A stretch of DNA of 64,000 nucleotides from NCBI GenBank assembly GCA_965246905.1, contig CBDFFZ010000018.1, forward strand, positions 23,936 to 87,935. Reading direction: 5' to 3'. Each line of letters opens with the position of its first letter. Position 1 is the first letter of the stretch. The position numbers were made by a program, and so were the translations under genes. This document shows, piece by piece, positions 47,382 to 56,934 of this stretch. Below the pieces are notes generated by a model. It was not told the origin of the DNA, did no database searches, and saw only the letters and a program-made list of their open reading frames with translations. The stretch comes from Chitinophagaceae bacterium. GTDB taxonomy: Bacteria; Bacteroidota; Bacteroidia; Chitinophagales; Chitinophagaceae.

Positions 47382-49433
47382 CCATACCCGCTGATCAACT
47401 GGACAGAAAGCGGCCAGGATCTGCTTGTGACAGCGCCGGTAAAGGGGGCGATGACTATCCGCCGCTACAGCGCTACCGGGCATTTGCAGGATACTTACCC
47501 GCTGCCGGGTATAGACGGCATCAGCAGCATCAGGATGTACACCGGGGACGATTACCTGCTCGCCGCCTGGCGCAGGGGACAGCCGGATATCGTAAGTTAT
47601 AACCTGCCAAAGGATAAATACATGCCCTTCACCAACGACCGTTGGGATGACGGGCAGCCTATGCTGCTGCCCGGCGCAAACAGCCTGCTCTTTACTTCGG
47701 AAAGGCAGTTAACGCGCAGCCGGAAAAAGGAACGATTGACGGACACCGTCGTAATGGTGCATGGCATCTTTACAGCAGTGGATAAAATCATTGCTCCCTG
47801 GCTGACTGATACCCTTGATTACCTGCGCTATGAAAACCCGGTTGCTCTATCAGGCGGGCGCGTATTGATCACATCAACCCTTCGGGGCACGGCCCGGCCG
47901 GCGCTTATTTCCAATATCAGATCGCCGGTTATATTCGCCTGTTTTAAGCCGGGGAATTACCCCTTCCAGTACCTCCCGCAAACCGATGAGATCATTACTT
48001 ATTCCGGTACGCGCGATAGCTTGTTCCTGCGCAGGCAGCCTTTAAAGATATGGATAGACCGCAACAGGGATACCACAACCGGAATTGCGCCCTGGCTTGC
48101 CGATTACAAGACCGCCGCCGCTGCAAGGGCCAGGGAAGATTCTATCCTGAAGGCTGCCCGCGGTGATGAGCCGCCCTCTTTCCTCAGCGGTGTTCTTTCG
48201 GGTGGGAGCAGCAGCCAAAGAGCGGCAAAGCAGCGGGACAGCATCCGCAAAGCGCAGCAATTTGACGGGCAGAGAACGGAGCCTTATATCCTCCAGCTTT
48301 ACAGCGCCTACTTCAGCGCAAAGGTCAATAACGATTACTTCATCAACCGCTACCAGCCCTATAAAAGCTACCAGGGGATGTTTAAATTTCCGGAAGTAGG
48401 CGGCATAGCGCAAGGTGGTTTTTCAGACCTGTTTGAGAACCACCATATCAGCATTGCCTTCCTGCTACCTGCAGGGTCGGAAGGGTCGGATTTCTTTATT
48501 AAATATGGTAATAACGCCCGGAAGGCAGACTGGGGCTTGGCCTATTACCGGAAGACCGAAGACCTGAAGCCCGACCCGCTGCGGCGGTGGGTGGATGAGA
48601 ACGGGCGGCTATATCCCAATACGGCCAAAGTGAAAAGCAATTATTACGAGCTCAATGTTCAGTACCCGCTGAGCTACTATTCAGGGGTTGGCCTCACCAC
48701 GGCAATCCGCCAGGACAAGACTGTTTTCCTGGCCACCGAAAAGTACAGCCTCGACTTCCCGGCCTTTAAAAGCCTCTGGTCAATCACCACAATTTCCTAC
48801 ACGATCAATAAGCTGAGGCCTACGCTGCCGCTGCTTTACAGAGGCTTTTCGGGAAATGCAAGGGTTGATGGGTTCAAAGGATTTACGCAAAAAGAAGAGG
48901 CGCTGTCCGGCAGCTCGATGAACCTGAGCTACCATTTGCCGCTGTACAAGTACATTACGCTTGTTGCGCAGCTACATGCAGGTGCCAGCGGTGGTGATAG
49001 CCGTGTGCTCTACAATCTGGGCGGGGTGGATAATAATGTAAGTCCGCGTGTGGATAGCAGCGTCCATTTCCGGCAGGATGCGCCCTATGCCTTCCAGACG
49101 CTCGTTACGCCGTTCCGCGGCTATTACCAGAATAGTCTATACGGAAGCAATTATTGTCTATTCAATGCCGACATTTACTTTCCCCTGTTTCAATCGCTGA
49201 TACCGGTAGAAACCCCTCTCTCAGCGATCAATAACCTGCAGCTTGGGGTGCTGGCAGATTTAGCGGCAGCAGGCGGCAAGGGCGATTACACAACCGCAGC
49301 CAAAGGCTGGCAGGCAAGCTATGGGCTCAGTGCGCGCACCACGCTGGCAGGCTATCCATTGCGGTTCGATCTTGCCTGGCCGGGAACATTTAGTAAAAAA
49401 CCTGTTTGGTACCTTTCCCTGAATCTGCGGTAG
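47382..49433 (+). CDS. 5'-truncated outer-membrane protein (Omp85-like beta-barrel C-terminus?), function unknown
   Basis: The frame is open from the first base after the IS right end. There is no signal peptide, and the ORF-track start is a non-ATG codon at 47427. The C-terminal third has alternating beta-strand-like sequence (…YPLRFDLAWPG…WYLSLNLR). May be a pseudogene. Confidence 0.5.
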   Translation, partial: PYPLINWTESGQDLLVTAPVKGAMTIRRYSATGHLQDTYPLPGIDGISSIRMYTGDDYLLAAWRRGQPDIVSYNLPKDKYMPFTNDRWDDGQPMLLPGANSLLFTSERQLTRSRKKERLTDTVVMVHGIFTAVDKIIAPWLTDTLDYLRYENPVALSGGRVLITSTLRGTARPALISNIRSPVIFACFKPGNYPFQYLPQTDEIITYSGTRDSLFLRRQPLKIWIDRNRDTTTGIAPWLADYKTAAAARAREDSILKAARGDEPPSFLSGVLSGGSSSQRAAKQRDSIRKAQQFDGQRTEPYILQLYSAYFSAKVNNDYFINRYQPYKSYQGMFKFPEVGGIAQGGFSDLFENHHISIAFLLPAGSEGSDFFIKYGNNARKADWGLAYYRKTEDLKPDPLRRWVDENGRLYPNTAKVKSNYYELNVQYPLSYYSGVGLTTAIRQDKTVFLATEKYSLDFPAFKSLWSITTISYTINKLRPTLPLLYRGFSGNARVDGFKGFTQKEEALSGSSMNLSYHLPLYKYITLVAQLHAGASGGDSRVLYNLGGVDNNVSPRVDSSVHFRQDAPYAFQTLVTPFRGYYQNSLYGSNYCLFNADIYFPLFQSLIPVETPLSAINNLQLGVLADLAAAGGKGDYTTAAKGWQASYGLSARTTLAGYPLRFDLAWPGTFSKKPVWYLSLNLR

Positions 49434-50037
49434 GGGGATTAGTAATGGAAGTCTTAAAGCTATTACTAAACTGATCGTTCTTTTATATTGATGAATTTTG
49501 AATAAAGCATTTACTGATTGCTACCAGATCAGGAAGAAAAAAGTTCCACTTTTCCGCGATTGGGGCTACGTCAGCAGGCGGTTTGCTATCGGGCTTACTA
49601 TTCGCTGTAGTTGTCTGAACTATGATTACTTTGATTTTATGATTTAATGATTCGATGTACGGCGGGGCAGGGTCGAAGGTAAAGGCCACGTAAACCTGGC
49701 AAGTCCTGAAGGAAGAATTGCTAGGTCAGACAAGGGGGCAAAACTCGGAACTGCAGCCCATTCGCCCGGCGGAAAACGTCCATCCGACCGCCCGGCAACG
49801 TTTCACCCGGCCGGGAAATGGCAAACGACCCGCCGGGGAAGGTCGTACGCTACCTGGAAATGGCAAACGGCCTGCCAGACAAGGTTTCTTCCTGCCGGGA
49901 AGGTGCACCCGGCAGGGCAGGCACCATTTCCCGCAAAAATTCTTAGCAGTTTACCACACAGCTGGGATTTTAACAACCCCAATCCACCCGGCCTGATTAT
50001 TTTACAGGTCAATTACAGCCCAACCCCGCATCCCCGA

Positions 50038-51444
50038 ATGAAGTGGAAGTACATCCGCCAGCGCATCCGTTACTACCTGCAGTTTAACCCGTTTACGCTC
50101 AATACAGGGATATGCGCGCTCGCTGCCTGGCTGGGCTACAGGCTTTTATACCGCCCACTCCCCAAAGCCGGTATGGATACAGAGGACGACAGCACTGCCT
50201 CCGCCTTCCGCCCGTTCGTAATGCTCCTGGGCAAGATGGCATTGCTGCTGCTGCTTGCACTCGTACTTATTTCCATATTGAGCACCATCGCCACCTGGCT
50301 GTATTATATATACCTCAAAAACAGCAGGGGCGCAGCCTTGCAGGTAGCATTCACCACCGAAACAAAGACGGGGCGTAAAAACAAGCTCTACCTCAATGCC
50401 GTGATCGATAGCGCCCGCCGCCCGCTTCTCGGCTTTATAAAAGGAAGGCTTTATTATGATGATTACCGGCTTACCGATAAATTCAGTCTCCTCAGCAACA
50501 AGCGCAGTGAAGGCGGCTTCTTGCGCAAGGCAATTGGAGGCCGCAGCCGCTTGATGCTCCCCGATATTAAGGAATATGACCTGCGCGGCGGCTTTGTATT
50601 CTTTGAAGATATGCTACACCTGTTCTCGCTCGCCGTGCCGCAGAAAATAGCCGGCCAGTTTTACCAGCCTCCCGTGCTGCGCAATGAGGAAGACCGTGAT
50701 GTAGCGCCCCGGAAAACGGAAACCCTGGATGTGCGCATAGACCAGATGCGCAAAGTGGAAGGCGAATACCTGAGCTATAAAAATTTTGAAGCCGGCGATG
50801 ACATCCGCAGAATCGTATGGAAGGTATATGCAAAGAGCCGCGATTTTGTGGTGCGGCAGCCGGAGCGCTTCGAACCCTATGCTTCGCACCTGTACTTCTA
50901 CGCGTCTTTCTACGCTTCGCTGAATAAGGCCTGGCTGGATGACGGCTATGGGCAGGAGATGCTCAACTATTATAAGAACAGCATCTGGACGGTCTATGAT
51001 ACGCTGGCCCGCAAGGAATGGGAAATGCGCTACCTGCCCGATCAAAGTTTCTCCATACCCGAAAACCTCGGGGCAGGGGAGCGTGCTACCCGGATCATCA
51101 GCAATAGTACCTGGCAGACGGATACTCCTTTAAGCGGCTACTTCAATGCGCGTCAGGGTACGGTGCTCTGCATTTCTTCCTTTACCGATCCGCACGACCT
51201 GGAAAATATTTTAGAGCAGTGCGATAGCGGAACCATCCTTTATTTTGCGAAATGCTCGAGCGTATTCCATCACTTTGCACCATTCACCTGGATCAAAAGA
51301 ATCCTTTTTCTTCCCCCAAATGATCGCCTTGCAAAGCTTCGTACCAGATGGACATTTTCCCCTATACGCATTAAAGTGCTGCGAAACGAACGATTAATTA
51401 GTAACATCTTGTCGCAAAGCGAAGTAAGTAGCATAATACTTTGA
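50038..51444 (+). CDS. DUF58 domain-containing membrane protein
   Basis: Two N-terminal TM helices and the DUF58 hallmark FEAGDDIRRIVWKVYAKSRDFVVRQPE. Start set at the internal ATG (MKWKYIRQ...). Confidence 0.75.
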   Translation: MKWKYIRQRIRYYLQFNPFTLNTGICALAAWLGYRLLYRPLPKAGMDTEDDSTASAFRPFVMLLGKMALLLLLALVLISILSTIATWLYYIYLKNSRGAALQVAFTTETKTGRKNKLYLNAVIDSARRPLLGFIKGRLYYDDYRLTDKFSLLSNKRSEGGFLRKAIGGRSRLMLPDIKEYDLRGGFVFFEDMLHLFSLAVPQKIAGQFYQPPVLRNEEDRDVAPRKTETLDVRIDQMRKVEGEYLSYKNFEAGDDIRRIVWKVYAKSRDFVVRQPERFEPYASHLYFYASFYASLNKAWLDDGYGQEMLNYYKNSIWTVYDTLARKEWEMRYLPDQSFSIPENLGAGERATRIISNSTWQTDTPLSGYFNARQGTVLCISSFTDPHDLENILEQCDSGTILYFAKCSSVFHHFAPFTWIKRILFLPPNDRLAKLRTRWTFSPIRIKVLRNERLISNILSQSEVSSIIL

Positions 51445-51521
51445 TAAAATTTCATAAAAAGTTAAGCCTGCCAGGATAAGTGTACTACTATTGATAAACC
51501 AAATTTTTAAAACAACACATC

Positions 51522-52013
51522 ATGGGTCTATTCTCATTCATTGCCAATGCAGGCAAGAAAATCTTTGGCGGCGATCATAAAGATGCCGAAGCCGGCCAGC
51601 CGGTACAACAGCTTAACGACATGCAGCTCCAGGCCTTACGCCAGCATGTTGCAGGTCTTGGTCTCAACATTAAAGATCTTGATGTACGGCTCGATGGTCC
51701 GGGCGCGATCACATTAATGGGCGAAGCACCTACCAAAGCCGATTACGAAAAAGCAGCGCTGATGGCAGGCAATGTAATGGGCATCACCACCGTAAATAAC
51801 CAGATAACCATTGCAGCCGCAGCAGCAGCAGAGGCACAGGCTGATTCTGAGACCTATACGATCGTAAAGGGCGATACGCTTTGGGCAATTGCGGAAAAGC
51901 ATTATGGCAGCGGAGCCAAATATCATGAGATAGTAAAGGCCAACCAGCCAATGATCAAGGATGCGGATGAAATTTATCCCGGCCAGGTGCTTCGCCTGCC
52001 GAAGCTCGCTTAA
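51522..52013 (+). CDS. BON + LysM domain protein (Kbp/YgaU-like)
   Basis: The MGLFSFIANAGKKIFGG opening, a central BON-like region and a C-terminal LysM (YTIVKGDTLWAIAEKHYG...IYPGQVLRLP) are colinear with E. coli YgaU/Kbp. Confidence 0.85.
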   Translation: MGLFSFIANAGKKIFGGDHKDAEAGQPVQQLNDMQLQALRQHVAGLGLNIKDLDVRLDGPGAITLMGEAPTKADYEKAALMAGNVMGITTVNNQITIAAAAAAEAQADSETYTIVKGDTLWAIAEKHYGSGAKYHEIVKANQPMIKDADEIYPGQVLRLPKLA

Positions 52014-52070
52014 TCATTAAGAAAGGAAATTAATTCAACTAAAATCACTCATCCTTAAACAACTAAAGAA

Positions 52071-52661
52071 ATGCTGGAAGAATTAATGAACATCATCAGG
52101 CAGCAAGGGCAGCAAAGCGTTGTTGCTAACCCCGATGTGCCTAATGAGCAAAACGAAGCCGTAATGCAGGAAGCTTCCGCTTCAATAACCGGCCAAATGC
52201 AGGACATGCTGCAGCAGGGCGGTCCGGGCGCTATCAAGAACCTTTTTGAAGGCGTTCAGAGCGGGGATGTAAATCATCCTGCAGTACAGGGCATGGCCAA
52301 CAATTTTGCAGGCAGCATTATGGATAAATTCGGCATCAGCGGCAGCGCTGCAAAGGCGCTGGCTATCTCGCTTATACCCATGGTGCTCAGCAAGCTTATG
52401 CACCGGGCCAAAGATCCGAATGATTCCGGCATCAACATCGGCAGCATCCTCGGTTCCCTTGTAGGCGGCGGCGCGGCCGGTGGCCTCGGAAGTATATTTG
52501 GCGGCAGCAATAATAATGCTCCGGCAACAGCACAGCAACCGGCAGCTACCGGCGGCGGAGATATTATGAGCCAGCTGAGCAATATGGGCACTAAGTTTGG
52601 CCTCGACAAGAACGGCGATGGCAAAACAGACCTTGCAGACCTGATGAAAATGTTTGCGTAA
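52071..52661 (+). CDS. hypothetical Gly-rich protein with a C-terminal EF-hand-like loop
   Basis: 196-aa ATG ORF with a Gly/Ala-rich middle. The C-terminus DKNGDGKTDLADLMKMF resembles a Ca-binding DxNxDG loop. Confidence 0.5.
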   Translation: MLEELMNIIRQQGQQSVVANPDVPNEQNEAVMQEASASITGQMQDMLQQGGPGAIKNLFEGVQSGDVNHPAVQGMANNFAGSIMDKFGISGSAAKALAISLIPMVLSKLMHRAKDPNDSGINIGSILGSLVGGGAAGGLGSIFGGSNNNAPATAQQPAATGGGDIMSQLSNMGTKFGLDKNGDGKTDLADLMKMFA

Positions 52662-52687
52662 ATACAAATAGCTTTCAACAAATACGA

Positions 52688-52723
52688 ACAGCCACTCCTG
52701 AAAAGAGTGGCTGTTTGATTTTT
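52688..52723. terminator. rho-independent terminator between convergent genes
   Basis: ACAGCCACTC-7 nt-GAGTGGCTGT followed by a T-rich tract. Confidence 0.6.
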
Positions 52724-52736
52724 ATTTAGGATCTGC

Positions 52737-53444
52737 CTATTGCTTATCTCCCCACCTGAGCATATAGCAGAGATTAAAATTAAAGTCAAAAGCGGTGGAG
52801 CCATCGCCTTTACCGTAGCCGGCAATATAGGCAGGGGCGAGCTCGTTGAATGCTTTTGGATTCAACAGGAATTTAGCCCGTACATTCCAGCCCACCATAA
52901 AGTTCTTCAAAAGCTCCACGCGAATGCCGCCGTTGATCTCAGCCCAATGTGCTGTAAAATTATGCGCCTCGAGCGTGCCGCTGCTGTTGCCAAAAAGCGG
53001 ATCGTTGATCGTATAGGTAGCCTCGCCGCGCCGGATCAATCCAACCCCGTAACGGATACCTACAAAAGCAGCATCCCAGTCCTTCTTAAACAAGCGTTGC
53101 AGCATGTTTTTATCTATGCCTATCCGGAAGAAGCTGTTGGCGCTGGTATAAGCAAGATCCGTATAATTGATATTGGAGCTGCCAAAGCCGCCTTCCACCA
53201 CAAAATAAGCTTCCCGCCGCCAGTAGTAATCTACGCCAAGCTCATAGCTCATCCGGTTCTTCGCAATAGCATTGATGATGGGCTTGCTTACATCGAACGA
53301 AATGCGCAATTGGTGGCCGGGATGAAGCTCTGTGGCTTTCAGCGGCTTCGTGGCTGCCGTATCCGCATCCTGCGCGAGTACAGAAAGCGACGTGCCGCAC
53401 AATAGCAGGCTAATAAAATATTTTAATGTGCTCAACACTGGCAT
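52737..53444 (-). CDS. hypothetical outer-membrane beta-barrel-like protein
   Basis: Signal peptide (…SVLAQD), alternating aromatic/polar beta-strand pattern, 235 aa. No family confidently recognised. Confidence 0.5.
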   Translation of the reverse strand: MPVLSTLKYFISLLLCGTSLSVLAQDADTAATKPLKATELHPGHQLRISFDVSKPIINAIAKNRMSYELGVDYYWRREAYFVVEGGFGSSNINYTDLAYTSANSFFRIGIDKNMLQRLFKKDWDAAFVGIRYGVGLIRRGEATYTINDPLFGNSSGTLEAHNFTAHWAEINGGIRVELLKNFMVGWNVRAKFLLNPKAFNELAPAYIAGYGKGDGSTAFDFNFNLCYMLRWGDKQ

Positions 53445-53910
53445 CGGAGGTTACGGCAGGAGTTGCCAGTTGAACAGAATCGATCAGGTGACGCGTTGCA
53501 GTTACTTTCTGAAGGCTGTAATAATAATTGTATCCGCAGGAATTATTGATAAAATGCAGCTGCCGCAGATAGATAAAAGTAAGGGTATCCTGTAGGGTGC
53601 CGGCTGTAGTATCCGGCCGAAGCACCCAGCGCGTAGTATCCGAAAGGTCGGAAAGCTGGAAACGGAATTTGTTAGTGCCCGTTGTTTGAATAAAAATATT
53701 AGTGTCCGATAAGGCGTTGAGCGCAATAAAAACTGGCGCGCGCAAGGCCGTATCTATAAAGGCTGTTCCGGTATCGGCGCGGCGGTAGGCACCGGCACGC
53801 ACCACATTCACGCTGGTATCAAAGCAGGGCTGGCGGTCTGTTTCGCAGCCGGCTATAGCAATTAATATTGCGGCAAGAAGCGCAACGAATATATTTCCGG
53901 CTTTAATCAT
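53410..53910 (-). CDS. hypothetical lipoprotein
   Basis: Signal peptide with lipobox (IAGC). 166 aa. Overlaps the downstream gene start by 35 nt, suggesting an operon. Confidence 0.5.
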   Translation of the reverse strand: MIKAGNIFVALLAAILIAIAGCETDRQPCFDTSVNVVRAGAYRRADTGTAFIDTALRAPVFIALNALSDTNIFIQTTGTNKFRFQLSDLSDTTRWVLRPDTTAGTLQDTLTFIYLRQLHFINNSCGYNYYYSLQKVTATRHLIDSVQLATPAVTSDASVEHIKIFY

Positions 53911-54178
53911 TCAGGTTCATCAGTATTTTATCGATCTCGGCAATCACTGCATCGATCTTTTTCCGCGCCGCATTGCGCTCTTTTTTTTCAGGCAATGATT
54001 TTGCAATGCTGCTTCCTGTAAGCCGGCTTTCGGCTTCAGCCACTATTTGCGCTAATTGCTGCAATTCTGTTTCTTTTTTTGCAAGATGCCTCTTTGTTTT
54101 TTTTAGCTCTGCGGCCAATGCGAGATGCCTTTTGAGCAGCGCGTCCACCTTTTCCTCCAGCAGGCCGATCGCATTCAT
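53903..54178 (-). CDS. small coiled-coil protein (possibly cell-division associated)
   Basis: 91 aa, almost entirely heptad-like charged helix. Starts 1 nt after the pheT stop. Function is only guessed. Confidence 0.45.
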   Translation of the reverse strand: MNAIGLLEEKVDALLKRHLALAAELKKTKRHLAKKETELQQLAQIVAEAESRLTGSSIAKSLPEKKERNAARKKIDAVIAEIDKILMNLND

Positions 54179-56581
54179 CTACCCGCGGATTTGTGCGCCA
54201 AGCTCCTTCTGATAGGTGCCGATCAACTGGCTCATCAGGAGTTCTGTCTCTTCATCGGTAAGCGTACGGTCCTGCAATTGGAAGGTAAAATTCAGCGCCA
54301 GCGATTTTTTATCTGCACCGAGCTTTTCGCTTTCAAACAGATCAAACAATCCATAAGATTGCAGTGCCGCAAGCTTTAGCTTATCCGTTGTTGCCTGTAT
54401 TTTTTGGTACGTAACCGCTTTATCAAGCACCAGTGCAAGATCGCGCTTTACAGCAGGGAATTTTGTTACCTCACTATACCGGATGGTATGCGCTGCTGCG
54501 GCTTTTAGCCAGAGTGACCAATCAATTATGGCATAGCAAACCGGTTGTTTTATATCGAAGTCAGCAAGCTTTTGGTCTGGCACATTTTGCAGGATGCAAA
54601 GCGGCTGGTTCTTCCATTTCCAGGTAATAACATCCTCATCTGCTGAAAGCACAAAATTTTTGATTCCATCTTTCCGAATGAGATGCTGTAAAATTCCTTT
54701 CACGTAAAATATACCTGCCTTTACTACTTTGTCATTCCATCCGCCATCCTGCACATTTCCAGTGCAAAACAGCGCCAGCTTAGGTTCTTGTATGTAGCTA
54801 TCTCCCTGCTTATAATAAATATTGCCAGCTTCGAAAAGCATGAGATCAGTGGATTTTCTCGCAGCATTGTACGCAATCACTTCAAGACCGCTCTCTAAAA
54901 GGGAAGGCCGCATTACATCCAGCTCGCTGCTCAGGCTGTTGAGCATTCGTACAAGATCTGTGCGCTCGGGGTAGTATTTACTATTTACAATGGAGTTGGT
55001 AATGATTTCCTGAAATCCGGCGCCGCAAAGGCTTTGCGCTACTTTTTCACGGGCAGTACGGTCATTGGGCAGGGTTTTAGTAAGAGAGATACTCAGCCGC
55101 TCCGGTATCATAATATTGTCAAGTCCGTCTATGCGGAGAATTTCCTCAACGATATCCGCAGGCTGCAATACATCCGGCTTGTTGGAAGGAACGGAAACGA
55201 TAACCGAGTGCTCTCCTTTACCGGTAATTGTAAAACCAAGCGCTTCGAGCAGCGTGTTCACTTCCGTTGCGCCATATTCCTTGCCGGTAAGCCGCGCAAT
55301 GTATTCATAAGATATTTGGATCGAAGCCGGCTCAAATTCCTTTGGATATACCTCCGTAATACCGGACGAAATTTCCCCGCCGGAAAGCTCGCAGATAAGC
55401 TGCGCTGCGCGGATCAATGCCGGTTCTAAATTATTGATATCCACGCCTTTTTCAAAATGAGTAGCAGCATCCGTGCGCAATCCATGATGCAGCGAAGTGC
55501 GGCGGATATGCTTTGGATCAAAGCAGGCACTCTCTAAAAAAATGCTGGTTGTGCTTTCTGTAATGCCACTGTTTGCGCCACCGAAAACCCCGGCAATGCA
55601 CATGCCTCCATCCGCATCGCAGATCATAAGGTCTGTTGCCAGAAGCCTGCGCTCTTTGCCATCCAGCGTTATAAACGGCGTTCCTTCCGGCTCAAAGCGC
55701 ACCTGTATTTCTCTTCCTTTTATTTTTTCAATATCAAAAGCATGTAAAGGCTGCCCATATTCCTGCAGTATGTAGTTAGTTGCATCCACTACATTATTAA
55801 TGCTGCGCACACCAACAGTAGCAAGGCGCTGCTGCATCCATTCCGGCGAAGCGCCGATTTTAATATTGCTGATTGTAAGACCCATATAGCGTGGGCAGGC
55901 TTCTGTAGCCATTACACTTACAGGTATTTCAGGTGTAGCTTCCTGCGCCTGCGGCAAACTTGTTTGAAGGATCCGCACGGCATGTGCTTCACCTGTGTGG
56001 TGGGTAAGATAAGCGCATACATCGCGCGCTACTCCAATATGGCTGTTCGCATCCGAGCGATTGGGCGTGAGGCCTATATGAATGGCGTAATCGGCTTCCG
56101 GCAGGTTAAAATATTTTACTGCAGGCGTGCCCGGCACTGCGTCTTCCGGCAATACGATAATACCAGCATGGCTTGTGCCAACGCCTATTTCATCCTCTGC
56201 ACAGAGCATACCTTCGCTTACTGCACCCCGGATCTTCGCTTTTTTAATAATGAAGGGTTCCTTTTCGATGGGGTAGATCATTGTGCCCACCGTTGCTACG
56301 ACTACTTTTTGCCCGGCAGCAACGTTAGCAGCTCCGCAAACAATATTCAGCGGCTCGCCGCTGCCGGTATCTACCGTTGTTATTTTCAACTTATCGGCAT
56401 CAGGATGCGGTGCACATGTCAATACTTCGCCAATCAGTAACCCCTCAAGTCCTCCTGTTATTGCTTCGTTCTTTTCTACAGCTTCAACTTCCAGGCCTAT
56501 AGAAGTGAGTATCCTGCTCAACTCATCAACATGCAGTGGCGTAGGCAGGTAATCCATCAGCCACTGGTAAGAAATAATCAT
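54179..56581 (-). CDS. pheT: phenylalanine--tRNA ligase beta subunit
   Basis: 800 aa. MIISYQWLMDYLP opening, tRNA-binding domain, B3/4, B5 and C-terminal FDX-ACB-like region. Confidence 0.95.
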   Translation of the reverse strand: MIISYQWLMDYLPTPLHVDELSRILTSIGLEVEAVEKNEAITGGLEGLLIGEVLTCAPHPDADKLKITTVDTGSGEPLNIVCGAANVAAGQKVVVATVGTMIYPIEKEPFIIKKAKIRGAVSEGMLCAEDEIGVGTSHAGIIVLPEDAVPGTPAVKYFNLPEADYAIHIGLTPNRSDANSHIGVARDVCAYLTHHTGEAHAVRILQTSLPQAQEATPEIPVSVMATEACPRYMGLTISNIKIGASPEWMQQRLATVGVRSINNVVDATNYILQEYGQPLHAFDIEKIKGREIQVRFEPEGTPFITLDGKERRLLATDLMICDADGGMCIAGVFGGANSGITESTTSIFLESACFDPKHIRRTSLHHGLRTDAATHFEKGVDINNLEPALIRAAQLICELSGGEISSGITEVYPKEFEPASIQISYEYIARLTGKEYGATEVNTLLEALGFTITGKGEHSVIVSVPSNKPDVLQPADIVEEILRIDGLDNIMIPERLSISLTKTLPNDRTAREKVAQSLCGAGFQEIITNSIVNSKYYPERTDLVRMLNSLSSELDVMRPSLLESGLEVIAYNAARKSTDLMLFEAGNIYYKQGDSYIQEPKLALFCTGNVQDGGWNDKVVKAGIFYVKGILQHLIRKDGIKNFVLSADEDVITWKWKNQPLCILQNVPDQKLADFDIKQPVCYAIIDWSLWLKAAAAHTIRYSEVTKFPAVKRDLALVLDKAVTYQKIQATTDKLKLAALQSYGLFDLFESEKLGADKKSLALNFTFQLQDRTLTDEETELLMSQLIGTYQKELGAQIRG

Positions 56582-56934
56582 TAGTTGTGGAAAATTTCGG
56601 CAAAGATAACCTACCCGAATAGCATAATTCTTTAAAAGGTGTAAATGTCATCCGGCTTTAATTTATAAACCCTTTTTGTGGGTAATGCGTGGATAGCCGA
56701 TGGATAAGCCGGAAGAGATGTTTATAAGTCTAGCGGGAAACTGTTTGATATGTTAGTAGCTGTCTGAAAACAGGTGTGCAGACATAGTAAAACAGGGAAG
56801 AATGAAATTTTTTTCTTGAGGTGCTAAGGGTGTAAATTCGTTCCCCTCCAGCCCCCGGCATGTGATTTTAAAATCCGCTACGGGTATGTGAATGTGATAA
56901 TTGCATTAGTGAATCAAAAGATAATTAGCAGTAA

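Noticed and set aside
49718-50012. Three overlapping Arg/Gly/Pro-rich ORFs (92, 60 and 69 aa), plus the first 45 codons of the DUF58 ORF.
   Set aside because: They are low-complexity translations of a GC-rich repeat block. ORFs are open on both strands simultaneously. The DUF58 protein has a sensible start at 50038.
52182-52825. 161-aa and 183-aa minus-strand ORFs overlapping the Gly-rich gene at 52071-52661.
   Set aside because: Antisense reading of a GC/Gly-rich gene. The plus-strand ORF has an ATG start, a downstream terminator and a plausible protein sequence.
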